IMG/VR virus record: IMGVR_UViG_2541047806_000008
Origin: a virus
Lineage: Duplodnaviria; Heunggongvirae; Uroviricota; Caudoviricetes
Length of the DNA stretch: 46,053 bases
Strand: one strand, 5' to 3'
Part shown: positions 44,692 to 46,053 of the stretch, one piece after another
Position numbering within the stretch: position 1 is the first letter of the stretch
Layout of the letters: each line of letters starts with the position of its first letter
Notes under the pieces: generated by a model
The model's database searches: none
What the model was told of the DNA's origin: nothing
The model's input: the letters and a program-made list of their open reading frames with translations, nothing else
Program-made: the position numbers and the translations under genes

Positions 44692-45034
44692 GGCCTGTCA
44701 GTTTCTTAAGATATCCAGACCAACCGCCACCAACTGGATACGAACAGGCCGCCTACAGGCAACACGTAAAGATCCAACCAAGCCAAAATCTCCTTACCTC
44801 ACAACACGGCAAGCCTGCATTGCGGCGCTTCAGTCTCCGCTGCATACTGTCCAGGTGAGCGCGGGTGATGGCATAACAGAGGAAAGAAAATGTCACTCTT
44901 CCGCAGAAATGAAATATGGTATGCCTCGTATTCGCTCCCGGGCGGGAAACGAATTAAGGAATCTCTTGGCACAAAGGACAAGCGGCAAGCTCAGGAGTTG
45001 CACGACAAGCGAAAAGCAGAACTCTGGCGAGTAG
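44663..45034 (+). CDS. xis: Excisionase-like HTH protein (AlpA/Xis-like), unusually extended and overlapping int
   Basis: [31 protein letters not shown]... is HTH-like; the open frame continues about 145 nt into the int coding region, so possibly read-through or a pseudogene. Confidence 0.45.
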   Translation: MESYSLTLDEACQFLKISRPTATNWIRTGRLQATRKDPTKPKSPYLTTRQACIAALQSPLHTVQVSAGDGITEERKCHSSAEMKYGMPRIRSRAGNELRNLLAQRTSGKLRSCTTSEKQNSGE

Positions 45035-46053
45035 AAAAGCTAGGGGATTTACCTGATGTCACTTTTGAAGAGGCCTGCCTAAGATGGCTTGAGGAAAAAG
45101 CTGATAAAAAATCTCTCGATTCAGATAAAAGCCGGATTGAGTTCTGGCTTGAACATTTTGAGGGTATAAGGCTTAAAGATATCTCGGAGGCAAAGATTTA
45201 CTCTGCTGTAAGCAGAATGCATAACAGAAAGACGAAAGAAATATGGAAACAGAAAGTTCAGGCCGCCATCAGGAAAGGTAAAGAACTGCCTGTTTATGAA
45301 CCAAAGCCAGTATCAACTCAGACAAAGGCAAAGCATCTTGCCATGATAAAGGCCATTCTCCGTGCTGCAGAACGCGACTGGAAGTGGCTGGAAAAAGCGC
45401 CTGTCATCAAGATACCAGCGGTCAGAAACAAGCGAGTCAGATGGCTGGAAAAGGAGGAAGCAAAACGCCTTATTGATGAGTGCCCCGAACCACTGAAATC
45501 TGTCGTCAAGTTTGCGCTGGCAACTGGTCTGAGAAAGTCGAACATCATAAATCTGGAATGGCAACAAATCGACATGCAGCGACGAGTTGCCTGGGTGAAT
45601 CCAGAAGAGAGCAAATCAAACCGCGCCATTGGTGTGGCGCTGAACGATACCGCCTGTAAAGTGTTGCGTGATCAAATAGGCAAGCATCACAAATGGGTGT
45701 TTGTACATACCAAGGCGGCTAAGCGAGCAGATGGAACATCAACGCCTGCGGTCAGGAAGATGCGCATCGACAGCAAGACATCATGGCTATCAGCTTGTCG
45801 TCGTGCAGGAATTGAAGATTTCCGTTTCCATGACCTCAGACACACCTGGGCAAGCTGGCTGATTCAGTCAGGCGTCCCATTATCAGTGCTTCAGGAAATG
45901 GGCGGATGGGAGTCCATAGAAATGGTTCGTAGGTATGCTCACCTTGCGCCTAATCATTTGACAGAGCATGCGAGGAAAATAGACGACATTTTTGGTGATA
46001 ATGTCCCAAATATGTCCCACTCTGGAATTATGGAGGATATAAAGAAGGCGTAA
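44890..46053 (+). CDS. int: Tyrosine integrase (IntD-like)
   Basis: 387 aa; C-terminal catalytic region with conserved R...HxxR...Y context ([17 protein letters not shown] ... RRYAHL); resembles DLP12 IntD as recalled; stop is the last codon of the window. Confidence 0.9.
   Translation: MSLFRRNEIWYASYSLPGGKRIKESLGTKDKRQAQELHDKRKAELWRVEKLGDLPDVTFEEACLRWLEEKADKKSLDSDKSRIEFWLEHFEGIRLKDISEAKIYSAVSRMHNRKTKEIWKQKVQAAIRKGKELPVYEPKPVSTQTKAKHLAMIKAILRAAERDWKWLEKAPVIKIPAVRNKRVRWLEKEEAKRLIDECPEPLKSVVKFALATGLRKSNIINLEWQQIDMQRRVAWVNPEESKSNRAIGVALNDTACKVLRDQIGKHHKWVFVHTKAAKRADGTSTPAVRKMRIDSKTSWLSACRRAGIEDFRFHDLRHTWASWLIQSGVPLSVLQEMGGWESIEMVRRYAHLAPNHLTEHARKIDDIFGDNVPNMSHSGIMEDIKKA

Overview
The window is essentially one complete lambda-like (lambdoid) prophage of an Escherichia-type genome, about 45 kb, with host gene appY at the left edge (1-750, minus strand) and the phage integrase ending exactly at the right edge (44890-46053, plus strand). 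All protein identifications come from reading the supplied translations and recalling lambda and E. coli K-12 prophage proteins; no database search was run. Reading right to left on the minus strand the order is lambda-like: cro, CII-like, O (with ori iterons), P, ren, nin region (NinB-like, ninE, ybcO, rusA, ylcG-like), Q, a phage-21-type lysis cassette, cos, then Nu1-A-W-B-C-D-E-FI-FII-Z-U-V-G/T-H-M-L-K-I-J and a side tail fibre module. On the plus strand are cI, then gam-bet-exo, a TraR-like gene, xis and int. The cos site and head, tail and Red genes are near-identical to lambda, while immunity, Q, lysis, nin and tail fibre modules differ (mosaic). The side tail fibre gene stf is split by a complete IS5 (3265-4459, CTAG target duplication) in a way that precise excision would restore. 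Several plus-strand or AT-rich cargo genes sit between phage modules: an NmpC-type porin between Q and the lysis genes, YlcI/YbcV-like genes next to cos, a membrane-anchored DUF4041/T5orf172-like protein beside ren, and a Bro-N cassette flanked by 85-bp direct repeats. The most interesting candidate is a translationally coupled two-gene operon directly downstream of cI, in the position lambda uses for rexA-rexB: a nucleotidyltransferase-fold protein plus a 310-aa protein I could not assign to any family. No tRNA, rRNA or CRISPR array was seen.
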